From IMG/VR virus record IMGVR_UViG_3300020362_000006, positions 1-54,055 of that record: 54,055 nt of DNA; one strand, 5' to 3'. The DNA is from a virus. Its lineage: Duplodnaviria; Caudoviricetes. The position numbers were made by a program, and so were the translations under genes. Positions 9,364-19,499 of the stretch are shown here, one piece after another. Position 1 is the stretch's first letter, and every line of letters begins with the position of its first letter. The notes beneath the pieces were generated by a model that saw nothing but the letters and a program-made list of their open reading frames with translations, was not told the DNA's origin and did not search any database.

Positions 9364-9812
9364 TGCCCTTTTTAGGCAACTTACCTAACGCCAGTTTTCA
9401 GTCACGTCCAGCAAAACAGGAGTTTAATGGTGATGGGTCAACAACAGTGTTTACCCTTAACCAAACTTCTCGTGCAGAAGACCTTATCGTATCTGTAGAT
9501 GGCGTGGTCCAAGAGCCAACTGACTCTTACACTGTACCGAATGGAACAGCTTTAACATTTAGTGAAGCACCTTCTAGCGGCACTGGTAATATCTTTGTTA
9601 TGTACATGGGTACGTCTGCTGGGTCTATTTCACCTGCCGCAGAAAACAGAGGCAATTTTAAGGCTGGCGGTATCTTCCGCACAAACAATCAGACACTCAA
9701 CACAGACACTACTATCCTAGCCACAGAGAACGCCAACGTAACTGGTCCGTTTACTGTGGCTTCTGGTGTAACTCTTACAGTCGAATCTGGCGGGACGTTG
9801 GTGACGCTATGA
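9363..9812 (+). CDS. Tail-fibre adaptor-like protein, cassette A head gene
   Basis: FNGDGSTTVFTL and VSVDGVVQEP motifs; paralogue of 12694-13152. Confidence 0.7.
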   Translation: MPFLGNLPNASFQSRPAKQEFNGDGSTTVFTLNQTSRAEDLIVSVDGVVQEPTDSYTVPNGTALTFSEAPSSGTGNIFVMYMGTSAGSISPAAENRGNFKAGGIFRTNNQTLNTDTTILATENANVTGPFTVASGVTLTVESGGTLVTL

Positions 9813-10195
9813 GTACATTAAAAGCAGATACCATACAAAGCACAGGCGGCGGTGCAGCTACGCTGACTAAACAGAGTGCGTCAAAAGCAAGAATAGAAAA
9901 AACTGGTGACAACTCTACGATTAACGAAAGTTTTAATGTAAGCAGTCTTGATGATGATGCTACTGGAAAGTGCGGGGTAAACATGACATCTGCTTTTTCA
10001 ACAGCACGTTATGTTCCTGCTGGTGCAAGTGCATACACAACTGATTCTAGCGACTATAGGCAATACTTAGGTAGTAATTTGCATAATAACTTAGATGAAA
10101 CCCGAACAACTACTGCTTGTCATCACGGTGTTTGGGAAGGTAGTTACGTTGATGCTGGTTCTCAGGGCATAGTGTATTTTGGAGACTTAGCATGA
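9809..10195 (+). CDS. Fibre-tip-like paralogue P1
   Basis: MSTLKADTI..SKA..SFNVSSLDDDATG..GDLA. Confidence 0.75.
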   Translation: MSTLKADTIQSTGGGAATLTKQSASKARIEKTGDNSTINESFNVSSLDDDATGKCGVNMTSAFSTARYVPAGASAYTTDSSDYRQYLGSNLHNNLDETRTTTACHHGVWEGSYVDAGSQGIVYFGDLA

Positions 10196-10605
10196 GTGAG
10201 ATAAAAACAGACAAGCTCACTGGCGTAAGCACCGCTGGGTCTATCCTTGTAACAGGTGAAGGTAATAGCACAACGACTAACTTGCAGCAGGGATTGGCGA
10301 AGGCGTGGGTTACTTACACGGATGTAAGTTGGACTATTGGTGACTCGTTAAATTGCAGTTCAGCAACTGACCACACTACTGCAGATTTTTCTACTAATTT
10401 CACTAATAATTTTGGAAGCAATAATATTGTAAGTGCAGGTACATCTACTTACGGAGCGTACTTTTCGTATTATGAATCTAGTGGAAACTCACACACAACA
10501 TCTTCTGTTAGATACTATGGGTTGACCACCGCTGGGTCTGCTACAGACCCCAATTATTCATACGGTTCTAGTTCAGGGTGGAATTATCAGGGAGACTTAG
10601 CGTAA
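10192..10605 (+). CDS. Fibre-tip-like paralogue P2
   Basis: MSEIKTDKL..AKAWV..SLNCSSATD..GDLA. Confidence 0.75.
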   Translation: MSEIKTDKLTGVSTAGSILVTGEGNSTTTNLQQGLAKAWVTYTDVSWTIGDSLNCSSATDHTTADFSTNFTNNFGSNNIVSAGTSTYGAYFSYYESSGNSHTTSSVRYYGLTTAGSATDPNYSYGSSSGWNYQGDLA

Positions 10606-10982
10606 TGGCACTAGGAAAAATCAAAGCAGATACCCTAGAACACAGCACTTCCGGCTCTGTAGATACGAAATATGTTGTTGAGGGTAGTGCTAAGGCGTGG
10701 GTGAGTATGGATGCTGGAGAAACAATAAATGATAGTCTGAACACAGCATCCCTTACCGATAACGCGACAGGAGACCACACCGCTAACTGGACAAACGCAT
10801 TATCACTTGCAAATTATGCGGTGGCAACATTTAGCAGAGCAACAACAACTTACATGCAAATTGCCACTCCAGAAGGACCGTTTACCACAACTACCGTTAC
10901 TATAAATACACATCAGTCTAACAGCCTAACTAAAGGCGATAAGACAGAGAATGGTATAATGGTTCAAGGAGAATTAGCATAA
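10605..10982 (+). CDS. Fibre-tip-like paralogue P3
   Basis: TAATG overlap; MALGKIKADTL..AKAWV..SLNTASLTDNATG..GELA. Confidence 0.75.
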   Translation: MALGKIKADTLEHSTSGSVDTKYVVEGSAKAWVSMDAGETINDSLNTASLTDNATGDHTANWTNALSLANYAVATFSRATTTYMQIATPEGPFTTTTVTINTHQSNSLTKGDKTENGIMVQGELA

Positions 10983-11455
10983 TGCAGACACCAGAGTTTC
11001 AAGGCACACACCTGTTTGACCGTCTGTGCTGGGCAAAAGAAAACTTAGAAGGTTATCAGTCAGACTATCGTGTAGTCTACGAAGACAACATAGATGAATG
11101 TGCAAAGATACTTGTGCCTGACCCAAACTGGATGGCAGCAGCCCTACAAGGTGGCATCTTACCACCTGTGTGGGTCTATTGGGAACTAGCTAAAGATGAA
11201 GCACAACCTGACTTTAAGAAGCACACTCGTGGTTACTTGCTTCACAACACAAAGCCTGTCGAAGCTATGACAGAAGAACAGGCAATAGAATACTTAATTA
11301 TGAAAGATTGCCCACAGCATGTATGGCGCAATTGGAACGAGGGCAACAAACCTAAACTGGTTATCTGCCGTAAAGAACAGCTTCCGGGTACACGTGAGTG
11401 GCGCAATGCTTGGAAGATTACTGAAGAACTGAGCGTCACTGAATTGGCTGCATAA
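10982..11455 (+). CDS. Hypothetical protein of tail-fibre cluster
   Basis: 157 aa, coupled start, REWRNAW motif. Confidence 0.75.
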   Translation: MQTPEFQGTHLFDRLCWAKENLEGYQSDYRVVYEDNIDECAKILVPDPNWMAAALQGGILPPVWVYWELAKDEAQPDFKKHTRGYLLHNTKPVEAMTEEQAIEYLIMKDCPQHVWRNWNEGNKPKLVICRKEQLPGTREWRNAWKITEELSVTELAA

Positions 11456-11466
11456 GGAGAAAATTA

Positions 11467-11841
11467 ATGGCACCAACAACATACATCGTAGACAAGGACG
11501 GGAATCAGATTGATGCTTCAACCGCAACCGTTCCTTCTGACCGTCACTTTCGTGGTGCATGGTCATTAAGTGGCAACGTCATTTCAGAAGACTTGGACGC
11601 TGCTAAAGTTATCTTCAAGGACAAAATCCGTGAAGTTCGCGCACCACTGCTAGAGGCAGAGGATGTCGTGTATATGAAGGCTCTTGAAGCTGATGACGCA
11701 GACGCTAAAGCAGCATCAGTAACCAAGAAGACTAACCTTCGTAATGCCCCAGCCGCATCTGCAATTACAAATGCATCAAGCATTTCTGCACTGAAAGCAG
11801 CTTGGGACACTGATTTGCTGGGTGACAGCCCTTACGCATAA
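11467..11841 (+). CDS. Tail-fibre assembly-like protein
   Basis: DRHFRGAW, KIREVRAPLL, KTNLRNAP motifs; SD AAGGAG. Confidence 0.6.
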   Translation: MAPTTYIVDKDGNQIDASTATVPSDRHFRGAWSLSGNVISEDLDAAKVIFKDKIREVRAPLLEAEDVVYMKALEADDADAKAASVTKKTNLRNAPAASAITNASSISALKAAWDTDLLGDSPYA

Positions 11842-11851
11842 GGATAAATAG

Positions 11852-12364
11852 ATGCCTTTAACTACAATATTATCAGGCGGTCTTGGCACAGGTGTAGGTG
11901 GTAAGGTATTGCAAGTTAAAAGAACTGAAAGCAGTTCTACTATATCAAGTTCGTCAACAATACCTTATGACGACACAGACCCTACTTCTTCAGAAGGTGT
12001 AGAAATTTTATCGCTGTCATTTACGCCAATTAGTGCAACTGCTGACTTGCATTTATTTTTTACTATTTTTGCAAATGAAAATGCAAATGTAGGAGATAGA
12101 ATAGCATTGCCTGTTTTCAAAGGCACAACTTTAATTGGCGTAGGTTATCAAAATGCGACCTACGGTAGTTCATCAACTAACTGGATAGTAAACAACTTTT
12201 CAATTAAGCACTCACCAGCAAGCACCTCTGCCGCAACCTACAGTGTCCGTGGTGGAGTAAATGCTGGAACTTTTGAAAGTCTTGGTTCGATGACGTACAT
12301 GGAAAACGCAAAATATGGCGCAAACATTGTAAATAGTATGACCATTATGGAGATTGAGCCGTGA
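11852..12364 (+). CDS. Tail-associated beta protein X1
   Basis: GKVLQV...TP...MEIEP; paralogue of 14325-14858. Confidence 0.7.
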   Translation: MPLTTILSGGLGTGVGGKVLQVKRTESSSTISSSSTIPYDDTDPTSSEGVEILSLSFTPISATADLHLFFTIFANENANVGDRIALPVFKGTTLIGVGYQNATYGSSSTNWIVNNFSIKHSPASTSAATYSVRGGVNAGTFESLGSMTYMENAKYGANIVNSMTIMEIEP

Positions 12365-12684
12365 GCAGTTTTACAAAAGCTATGAACGATTTAGCCCCAA
12401 ATGCTATCTGGTCAGCAAGAGATAATGTAATTATTGAATGGCTTTCTGATGACATTGACCAGCCATCAGCAGAAGATATCGCCGCAAAGGTAGCAGAGTT
12501 TGATGCTCAAATTCCAATGAATCAGCTTAGAGATAAAAGAAACAAAAAGCTGGCTGAAACTGATTGGTGGGCTGGCTCTGACATTACTATGACAGATGCA
12601 CAGGCAGCTTACCGTCAGGCTTTGCGTGACATTACCGACACCTATAGCAACCTAGACGATGTGGTCTGGCCTACAAAACCCTAA
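12361..12684 (+). CDS. Phage tail-fibre assembly chaperone
   Basis: LRDKRNKKLAETDWW...YRQALRDIT...WPTKP signature. Confidence 0.8.
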   Translation: MSSFTKAMNDLAPNAIWSARDNVIIEWLSDDIDQPSAEDIAAKVAEFDAQIPMNQLRDKRNKKLAETDWWAGSDITMTDAQAAYRQALRDITDTYSNLDDVVWPTKP

Positions 12685-12693
12685 GGAATAACG

Positions 12694-13152
12694 ATGCCCT
12701 ACATAGGAAAATCCCCAGAGTTTGGTGTTCGCAACCGCTTCGTATATCAAGCCACAGCTAGTCAAACGACATTCAGTGGCAGCGATGCAGATGCAAAAAC
12801 ATTAAGCTATACAGATAGCCTGTACATGGATGTGTATCAGAATGGTGTGCTTCTAAAGCCGGGTACTGACTATGCAGCCACAACAGGCACAAGCGTTGTG
12901 TTAGTCACAGCCGCCAGCCTGAATGACATTGTTGAGATGGTGGTGTACGACACCTTTGCTGTAGCAAGTAGCTACACTAAAACAGAAAGTGACACACGCT
13001 ATCCATTCAAGGGTAACAACAGCATCATCCGCTTGAATGGGCAGACCATCTCTGCTGACATCACGATTGACAGCGATGAGAATGGCGTGTCGGCTGGTCC
13101 GATTACACAGAACGCCACAGTCACTGTTAATGGCTATTGGAGTATCGTATGA
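12694..13152 (+). CDS. Tail-fibre adaptor-like protein, cassette B head gene
   Basis: MPYIGKSP, ATASQTTF, VYQNGVLL..DY, C-terminal NGQTISADITI..AGPIT. Confidence 0.7.
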   Translation: MPYIGKSPEFGVRNRFVYQATASQTTFSGSDADAKTLSYTDSLYMDVYQNGVLLKPGTDYAATTGTSVVLVTAASLNDIVEMVVYDTFAVASSYTKTESDTRYPFKGNNSIIRLNGQTISADITIDSDENGVSAGPITQNATVTVNGYWSIV

Positions 13153-13514
13153 CCAGCGTATTAAATGTAGATACTATTGCTGACAAGGCTGGCACTGGTC
13201 CTGTTGCGTTAACTAAGCAACATGCTGCGAAGGCATGGGCACATTTTGATGGTAGTACACCCAGTTTAGATGCTAACTTTAACTTTTCAAGCCTCACAGA
13301 TAACGGCACCGGAGATTATAACCCGAACCTGACCAACAACATGTCCTCTGTTTCTTATGCTTGCGCTGGTTCAAGTAATCATACATCAAGTAATCGTGGT
13401 GCTTTTAGGGTATTAACCTATACCACAAGCACAGTTAATATAAGAATTTACGGAAATGGAAGTGCATCAGACGCTTCAGATGTTTCTGTTAATTTTCACG
13501 GAGACCTTGCGTAA
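13149..13514 (+). CDS. Fibre-tip-like paralogue P4
   Basis: MTSVLNVDTI..AKAWA..NFSSLTDNGTG..GDLA. Confidence 0.75.
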   Translation: MTSVLNVDTIADKAGTGPVALTKQHAAKAWAHFDGSTPSLDANFNFSSLTDNGTGDYNPNLTNNMSSVSYACAGSSNHTSSNRGAFRVLTYTTSTVNIRIYGNGSASDASDVSVNFHGDLA

Positions 13515-13924
13515 TGGCTAGTATTCTTAAAGTAGATGACCTGAGAGGTAACACAACGGCTAACGATATTACTGTTACTGTTGGTACATCTGCAACTATG
13601 AACCTCTTAATTGGTATAGTGAAAATGTATGCTCAGTCTAATAATATTACACCAGCAGTAGCAGATTCACTCAACACCGCTTCTTTAACAGATAATGCAA
13701 CAGGTTCATTTACATATAATTTTACCACAAATATGTCTAATGCAACCTATGGTTACGGAGAATGTTCTGGAGAAGAAAGCGGCGCTAGTGGAAATTCAAG
13801 CACTAGAACCGTAAGTCATAGTCATAGAACTAGTTCCACATTTAGAACATCTAACAGAAATTCTAGCAACACTCTAACTGATGCTGGTGCGGCGTGTATC
13901 TCAACCTACGGGGAGTTAGCATAA
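13514..13924 (+). CDS. Fibre-tip-like paralogue P5
   Basis: MASILKVDDL..SLNTASLTDNATG..GELA. Confidence 0.75.
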   Translation: MASILKVDDLRGNTTANDITVTVGTSATMNLLIGIVKMYAQSNNITPAVADSLNTASLTDNATGSFTYNFTTNMSNATYGYGECSGEESGASGNSSTRTVSHSHRTSSTFRTSNRNSSNTLTDAGAACISTYGELA

Positions 13925-14328
13925 TGGCAAGCGAACTTAGAGTTAATACCTTAAAGGATGCCAGCGGTAATAATAGCATTGCTACTAGCTTTGTTGCAAA
14001 TGGTAGTGCAAAAGCATTTAATGTGTTTGAACCAGACGTTGCGGCAACGATAGCAAGTCTAAATATAAGCACATTGACGGACAATGGCACGGGTGATTTT
14101 TCACACGCATTTACGTCATCGTTTGGTGCAGCAAAACAATATACTGTTGCAGGTTCTTGCGGTAATAGTGCAGCTTCAACAAATGCTATAGAATATTGCA
14201 AACCTAGTGAAGAAGCAGTTATTTTAGCTTCTTCATTGCGTACATCAACTGGTTATGTAACACCTACAGCGGCTGCTCTATATGACTATCCTAATTCCAG
14301 CTTTGCATGTCAAGGAGACCTAGCATGA
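13924..14328 (+). CDS. Fibre-tip-like paralogue P6
   Basis: MASELRVNTL..AKAF..SLNISTLTDNGTG..GDLA. Confidence 0.75.
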   Translation: MASELRVNTLKDASGNNSIATSFVANGSAKAFNVFEPDVAATIASLNISTLTDNGTGDFSHAFTSSFGAAKQYTVAGSCGNSAASTNAIEYCKPSEEAVILASSLRTSTGYVTPTAAALYDYPNSSFACQGDLA

Positions 14329-14858
14329 GTAAAGCAGCAGAACTAGCGGCATTTATCGGAAGTGGTGGCACTGGTAAGGTATTGCAAGTTCAATACACTC
14401 AATACGATAGTACAAACACTCAGTCTATTTCAGCAAATACAGATACTGCAATCACTAATCTTTCAGTAAACATTACCCCTACAGCCACTAACTCTATAAT
14501 CAAACTAGAGTCGTTTTTATTTTGCGAATATGGCGCAGTTAACTGGATGGCAAATACCACGTTTTTCTTTTTAAGAGATAGTACAAAGTTATCGACGGCG
14601 GCGGCTGGTAGCAGACGTGTTGGTATAAGTTTTCCTAGCTCTGGATATCATACGTCAGATGCTGGTGGTACTCCTGATAGCGGTGCTACTGTCTATTTTG
14701 ATAGCACTCACAACACTACGTCACAAATCACATATCAATTAGCAATGAGTTCTCTTTATGCAAACACATTATATGTTAACAGGACTGTTACTGATAGTGA
14801 TAGCAATGAATACGAAAGAGGTGTTTCGTTTATTAGTGCAACAGAGATATCTGCCTAA
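14325..14858 (+). CDS. Tail-associated beta protein X2
   Basis: ATGA overlap; GKVLQV...ITPT...TEISA. Confidence 0.7.
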   Translation: MSKAAELAAFIGSGGTGKVLQVQYTQYDSTNTQSISANTDTAITNLSVNITPTATNSIIKLESFLFCEYGAVNWMANTTFFFLRDSTKLSTAAAGSRRVGISFPSSGYHTSDAGGTPDSGATVYFDSTHNTTSQITYQLAMSSLYANTLYVNRTVTDSDSNEYERGVSFISATEISA

Positions 14859-15088
14859 TGGAACTCTCAAGCATGATGTTCTGGAATATTATCTTGACGC
14901 TGGTAATTGCACCAGCGTTTTGGATGTTTAGGTCACTAATGGCTGAAGTGAAGCGCATAGATATATTACTGAACAGAACACGCGAAGACTACGCTACCAA
15001 AAACGAACTACGTGAAGATATGACACGAGTTATGGAAGCGTTGCACCGTGTCGAAGATAAACTCGACAGAGCGTTACAAAGGGACTAG
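14858..15088 (+). CDS. Small TM plus coiled-coil protein
   Basis: 76 aa, N-terminal TM, TREDYATK motif. Confidence 0.7.
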   Translation: MELSSMMFWNIILTLVIAPAFWMFRSLMAEVKRIDILLNRTREDYATKNELREDMTRVMEALHRVEDKLDRALQRD

Positions 15089-15091
15089 GGT

Positions 15092-16423
15092 ATGGCAATC
15101 AACATTGAACAAGAAATGGAACAACAGGCATTGGGTCAAACCCAACCGCCTCAAGTAACCCCCACCCTTATTCAAGAACAGCCCGGTGAAATAGCAACAA
15201 CCGCTGGTGTAACTCTGGGTGCTGCTCCTACTGTTACTACAGCCCAAGCCCCCACTGCTGGTATCACTACCACAGCCCCAACGGCTCCCGGTGCCGGGGT
15301 AGGCCAAGTCGCAGGTATCGCAGATGTAACCACAGACCTGCAGCAGTTAGGTCCAGCCCAAGCTGCACAGCTAACTCCTACCGGACCTTATGTCGATATG
15401 ACAGGTGTTCAAGCTGGACCATCGGCAGGTGCTATAGCTACCGCTGCTACCCAGCAACTTGACCCGCAAGCCACAACCCAATACCAACTAGGTCAGCTTA
15501 TGGCATCTCTGCAGTCAGGCGGACCAATGCCAGCGTGGGCTGCCCCAGCGGTTCGCAAAGTGAGTGCCGTTATGCAAGCCCGTGGTTTGGGTTCCAGTTC
15601 GATGGCGTCGGCTGCAATGACACAGGCCCTCATGGAGTCTGGCGTACAGATTGCCCAGCAAGACGCGAACAAGTATGCAGCCATTCAGCTACAGAACCTG
15701 AACAACCAGCAGCAAACTGCCCTTGCAAATGCTGCGACGTTCGCGGCAATGGACAAGGCGAACCTCAACGCACGTATGCAAGCTGCCGTTACCAACGCTC
15801 AGTCGTTCCTGTCCGTTGACTTAAAGAACCTTGACAACCAGCAAAAAAGCGACACTCTCACCTATCAAAGCTTGGTCCAAGGGCTGTTCAAAGATGCTGC
15901 TGAAGACAATGCCCGTCAACAGTTCAATGCCAAGAACGAACTGCAAGTTGAGGAGTTCTTTGCGGAACTGGGTGCACAGGTTGACACAGCGAACGCGAAC
16001 CGCTTGGCTGCTATGGAACAGTTCAATGTATCTGAAGAGAACGCCATGCAGCAGTTCAACGCATCTCTAACTGATGCACGGGACAGGTTCAATGCGAATA
16101 TGAAGTTTGCGGTTGACCAATCAAACGTCGTGTGGCGCAGAGAAATCAACACCGCGAACACGGCAATCCAGAACGAAACGAACCGGATTAATGTACAGAA
16201 TGCTTATGGTATGACCCAGAATGCTCTGAACAGTCTTTGGCAGTCTTATCGCGACAACGCAGCTTGGAATTTTCAAAAGAGCGAAAACGCACTGAATCGC
16301 CAACATGACATTGGCATGGTTGCTATGCAGTATGCGAACAGTAAAGACATGTACAAGACAGAACAGAAAGATGCCGTTCTTGAAGGTATCGGCAACTGGC
16401 TAGTAACTTGGGCAGCTTCTTAG
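15092..16423 (+). CDS. Internal virion / ejection protein (Q/A/N-rich)
   Basis: 443 aa, QQFNA-type repeats like DNA-pilot proteins, RGLGSSSMA. Confidence 0.6.
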   Translation: MAINIEQEMEQQALGQTQPPQVTPTLIQEQPGEIATTAGVTLGAAPTVTTAQAPTAGITTTAPTAPGAGVGQVAGIADVTTDLQQLGPAQAAQLTPTGPYVDMTGVQAGPSAGAIATAATQQLDPQATTQYQLGQLMASLQSGGPMPAWAAPAVRKVSAVMQARGLGSSSMASAAMTQALMESGVQIAQQDANKYAAIQLQNLNNQQQTALANAATFAAMDKANLNARMQAAVTNAQSFLSVDLKNLDNQQKSDTLTYQSLVQGLFKDAAEDNARQQFNAKNELQVEEFFAELGAQVDTANANRLAAMEQFNVSEENAMQQFNASLTDARDRFNANMKFAVDQSNVVWRREINTANTAIQNETNRINVQNAYGMTQNALNSLWQSYRDNAAWNFQKSENALNRQHDIGMVAMQYANSKDMYKTEQKDAVLEGIGNWLVTWAAS

Positions 16424-16433
16424 GGAGACAGTA

Positions 16434-16973
16434 GTGGATTTCTTAAAGGGTATAACAAATTTTGTAGAAGATGCCGTGGATTTTGGTTCTAACCTTTTTG
16501 GTGATTCTGACATCTTAGACCTTCCCGACGAACTTCAGTACACTCAAGGTATGTCTGGGAGTAGCTTTATCGGCAGTGTAGTTGATTATGGCAGCAGCTT
16601 TTTAAGTGGGGATTTGGGAAGCCTGATAAAAACAGGGGCGGGTATGTATCTAAAATCTCAAGATAAGCCTACTTTTACTAACCCTAAAATGCAAAGACCC
16701 GACATAGTCAGAGGAAGAATGCAACCTAGTCAAGTAACACCTTCAGCAGTTAGAAACCCAGTAGGTTTAAACAACGCACAGGTTCAGTCTGCAATGCGTC
16801 GTATGTCTCAGCGAACAAACATAAGTCCCCAGCTTCAACGTATTGTGGACGCAAACATGACTACACGTCAAGGCCGTAGAACTATAGGATTAGGGTCAAC
16901 TAGTATGCCTCGTGTTACCCCTGCGGCTCCTGCAGCGGTTCGCAAAACTACAACAACTAAAGAGGTCAGCTAA
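16434..16973 (+). CDS. Putative internal virion protein
   Basis: 179 aa, GTG start with SD GGGAG. Confidence 0.6.
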   Translation: MDFLKGITNFVEDAVDFGSNLFGDSDILDLPDELQYTQGMSGSSFIGSVVDYGSSFLSGDLGSLIKTGAGMYLKSQDKPTFTNPKMQRPDIVRGRMQPSQVTPSAVRNPVGLNNAQVQSAMRRMSQRTNISPQLQRIVDANMTTRQGRRTIGLGSTSMPRVTPAAPAAVRKTTTTKEVS

Positions 16974-17516
16974 ATGGCACAGCCCCCTACAAGAAAAACA
17001 GTTGGTGATAGATTCTCTGCAGCACCTCCGGGATATTCCCTTACGCTGGACAACGCTCAGTGGCCTTGGGGACAGCCTCCTAAGTATGCAGACCCAGACG
17101 CTGCATTAGAGGACTCTATAAAGAAGATTATGAAGCCTCGTAATAAAGAGGAGTTGTTCAAACTGCTTATGGTTGGGGTGTCCATAGAAGTCATAGTTGA
17201 AGGTATTGTGTTTCAAGGATTTCAAGATGGTATGTTTACCCCGGACGTAGGTATGCTTATGAAACCTTCACTAGGCTTAGTTATTGCCGACATGGCAGAA
17301 GAAGAAAACATACCGTACCGTCTGTTCGAAAACGACGACGCCGAAACTGAAGGTACTATGGATGATGAGACATTCCTACGTATGATGCAGCAAAATAATC
17401 CTCGCATGTTCAACATGATACGAGAACAGGCTAATGCTGCCTTTAGGGCGGGTAACACACCCCGCGAACCAGAACCAGAACGCGGCTTCCTCAGTGCTAA
17501 AGAAGAGGGTAAATAG
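16974..17516 (+). CDS. Putative virion protein
   Basis: PPGYSLT..WPWGQPP motif; in structural operon. Confidence 0.7.
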   Translation: MAQPPTRKTVGDRFSAAPPGYSLTLDNAQWPWGQPPKYADPDAALEDSIKKIMKPRNKEELFKLLMVGVSIEVIVEGIVFQGFQDGMFTPDVGMLMKPSLGLVIADMAEEENIPYRLFENDDAETEGTMDDETFLRMMQQNNPRMFNMIREQANAAFRAGNTPREPEPERGFLSAKEEGK

Positions 17517-19499
17517 ATGTCAATTTTTGCATTTGCCAGAGGTGTCATAAACGGACACACTGAGATTATGAGAGCAGAGGCGGAAGCCAAAAGAGAAAGC
17601 CAAAAGGCTAAAAAAGAAGCTGATGATAAGTTGGGTGAAACCGTTTTTGACCTTATTAAAAATGACAAGTTGACAGGGCCGGAAGGTGCTGCATTTCTAG
17701 GGTTACCGGACGACCAAAGAAATATGGCTAGATTAGCTAGTTTGGTAAGTCAAACAGCAGATGTTGCTACGACAAAACGCTACGGTAGTGGACCAAATGC
17801 CTTTAAGCTGAACCTTCTTTCTGAAATGAAATACGGTTCGGGAACCAGCAATTATGAAAGGTCACAGATATTCTGGGACAGTTGGCAAAATCAATTAGCT
17901 AATGAAAAAAACTACAACGCTGCTCTTAACTACTTTAAAGGCAACAAAGATGCGGCAGATGCTCTCCGTGCAGATGTGTTAAAGAACGAATACGAAATTC
18001 GTATGGGCAACATACTGCGTCAAAAGAAGCAGGGTGTAGAAGCTGTCGGTATGCAGTTCATCGACCTTGGTTCGGACTACAGCAATGCTGCACGTCTGTT
18101 TGATGAACTAGGTTTCCAGAGTGTGGAGCAAGATGCCATTAATCAGGCTGCAACCTATATTCAAGATTTAGATACAGAAACTCAAACTGCCTTTTGGATG
18201 AACACAAAAAACAAAGATGGCGGCGGTGTAGAACAAGCCGTGGCTATCTCTGTAGACAAGGCAACGGCGTCAATCTGGGAACAGATGGCTGCTGCTGGTG
18301 GGTTTGCTGACGCTCAAGAAATGATATTTAGCTATAACTATGACCCTTCCATTGTTCGCGAAGAAGGCGAGACAGACCAACAGTTCGCGGCAAGACAGAA
18401 CGCTTTACTATATAAAACAGCGCAGCTTGAAAAGAGTGGTAGCTGGGGAGCGTATCTTCGTAGCCCTGAAATATGGACTAAGGAAAAGAGTGCAAGACTA
18501 CTTACAGACCTTGAATCTCTATACGGTAAAAATAATAAGATGGAGCAAATACAGGCTTTGTCTCTTTTAAGTGGAACCCCCTCTGGCGTGTTTTCTAAGA
18601 CACGAAAGTATCGTTATCAGCGGGACAATAATCAAGGCGCGGTAGCCCAGATGAATGGGATGCAGTTTGTAGAAATGGTTACAGGCTTGAAAAAAGATGA
18701 TTTCGATACGGGGTTAAAGGCACAAGAAGACGCTGTCTCTTATATAGAAAGATTAGAGCAGCTTGAAGCGGAATTAGGCCAGCAGGTAGGTACAGGCTGG
18801 ATACGAGATTTTGCTGCTGGATTTAAGGCATTTGGAATTCAACTAAAACAAGGTGCAAACCTGATAGGTAATATATTCAATGACAACGCTGAACTGTTTC
18901 AGGGTGCGGACTTAGCTTCCATACAAGCTGCAGCAGAGGCTTCAGGTATAAAATTAGAAGCTGTATCTGAAGCAGAAGCAATCAGACTGACTCTGGCTGC
19001 AAAGATGGCCCGTGCTGTTGACCCGGCAGGTCGTTTGTCGAACCAAGACTTTGAGATACAGTTACGTAGATTGGGTTCTTATAATTTGTCAACACCACAA
19101 AGTATTGCGGCTGCTTTGAAAGTCGTAAAAAAAGAATTTATGGCAGACTTGGAATACAAACAGATGTTGGCCACTATATCTTCACAGACATCTCCTTTGA
19201 CTCGCCAACAAGCAAGACGGGTACAAGCCGCCATGTCGATTCGCAAACTGCAAGGTCAGGTATACGGCACAGGAAGGGTTACACAAAAACCGCCAACATC
19301 CGAACAGCCGGATAATCCTGAAGGCGGATTACCCCAAGGTGCAGTTCCTATGCCAGAAATGGTTGGACCTAATGGTGAAACCGTCTTCTATAAAGATGGT
19401 GTTTACTATGATAAAAATGGCAATGTAGTTACGGGCGTCAAAGAGAGAAGCGACCAACCGTCAGTAGCACCATCAGTAGCATCAGAACAGGTAATGTAA
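17517..19499 (+). CDS. Putative internal virion protein
   Basis: 660 aa helical; MARAVDPAGRLSNQDFE motif. Confidence 0.65.
   Translation: MSIFAFARGVINGHTEIMRAEAEAKRESQKAKKEADDKLGETVFDLIKNDKLTGPEGAAFLGLPDDQRNMARLASLVSQTADVATTKRYGSGPNAFKLNLLSEMKYGSGTSNYERSQIFWDSWQNQLANEKNYNAALNYFKGNKDAADALRADVLKNEYEIRMGNILRQKKQGVEAVGMQFIDLGSDYSNAARLFDELGFQSVEQDAINQAATYIQDLDTETQTAFWMNTKNKDGGGVEQAVAISVDKATASIWEQMAAAGGFADAQEMIFSYNYDPSIVREEGETDQQFAARQNALLYKTAQLEKSGSWGAYLRSPEIWTKEKSARLLTDLESLYGKNNKMEQIQALSLLSGTPSGVFSKTRKYRYQRDNNQGAVAQMNGMQFVEMVTGLKKDDFDTGLKAQEDAVSYIERLEQLEAELGQQVGTGWIRDFAAGFKAFGIQLKQGANLIGNIFNDNAELFQGADLASIQAAAEASGIKLEAVSEAEAIRLTLAAKMARAVDPAGRLSNQDFEIQLRRLGSYNLSTPQSIAAALKVVKKEFMADLEYKQMLATISSQTSPLTRQQARRVQAAMSIRKLQGQVYGTGRVTQKPPTSEQPDNPEGGLPQGAVPMPEMVGPNGETVFYKDGVYYDKNGNVVTGVKERSDQPSVAPSVASEQVM

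Noticed and set aside
9809-14328. Diversity-generating retroelement or shufflon acting on the fibre paralogues
   Set aside because: No reverse transcriptase, no TR/VR pair differing at adenines, and all genes co-oriented with no inverted crossover sites
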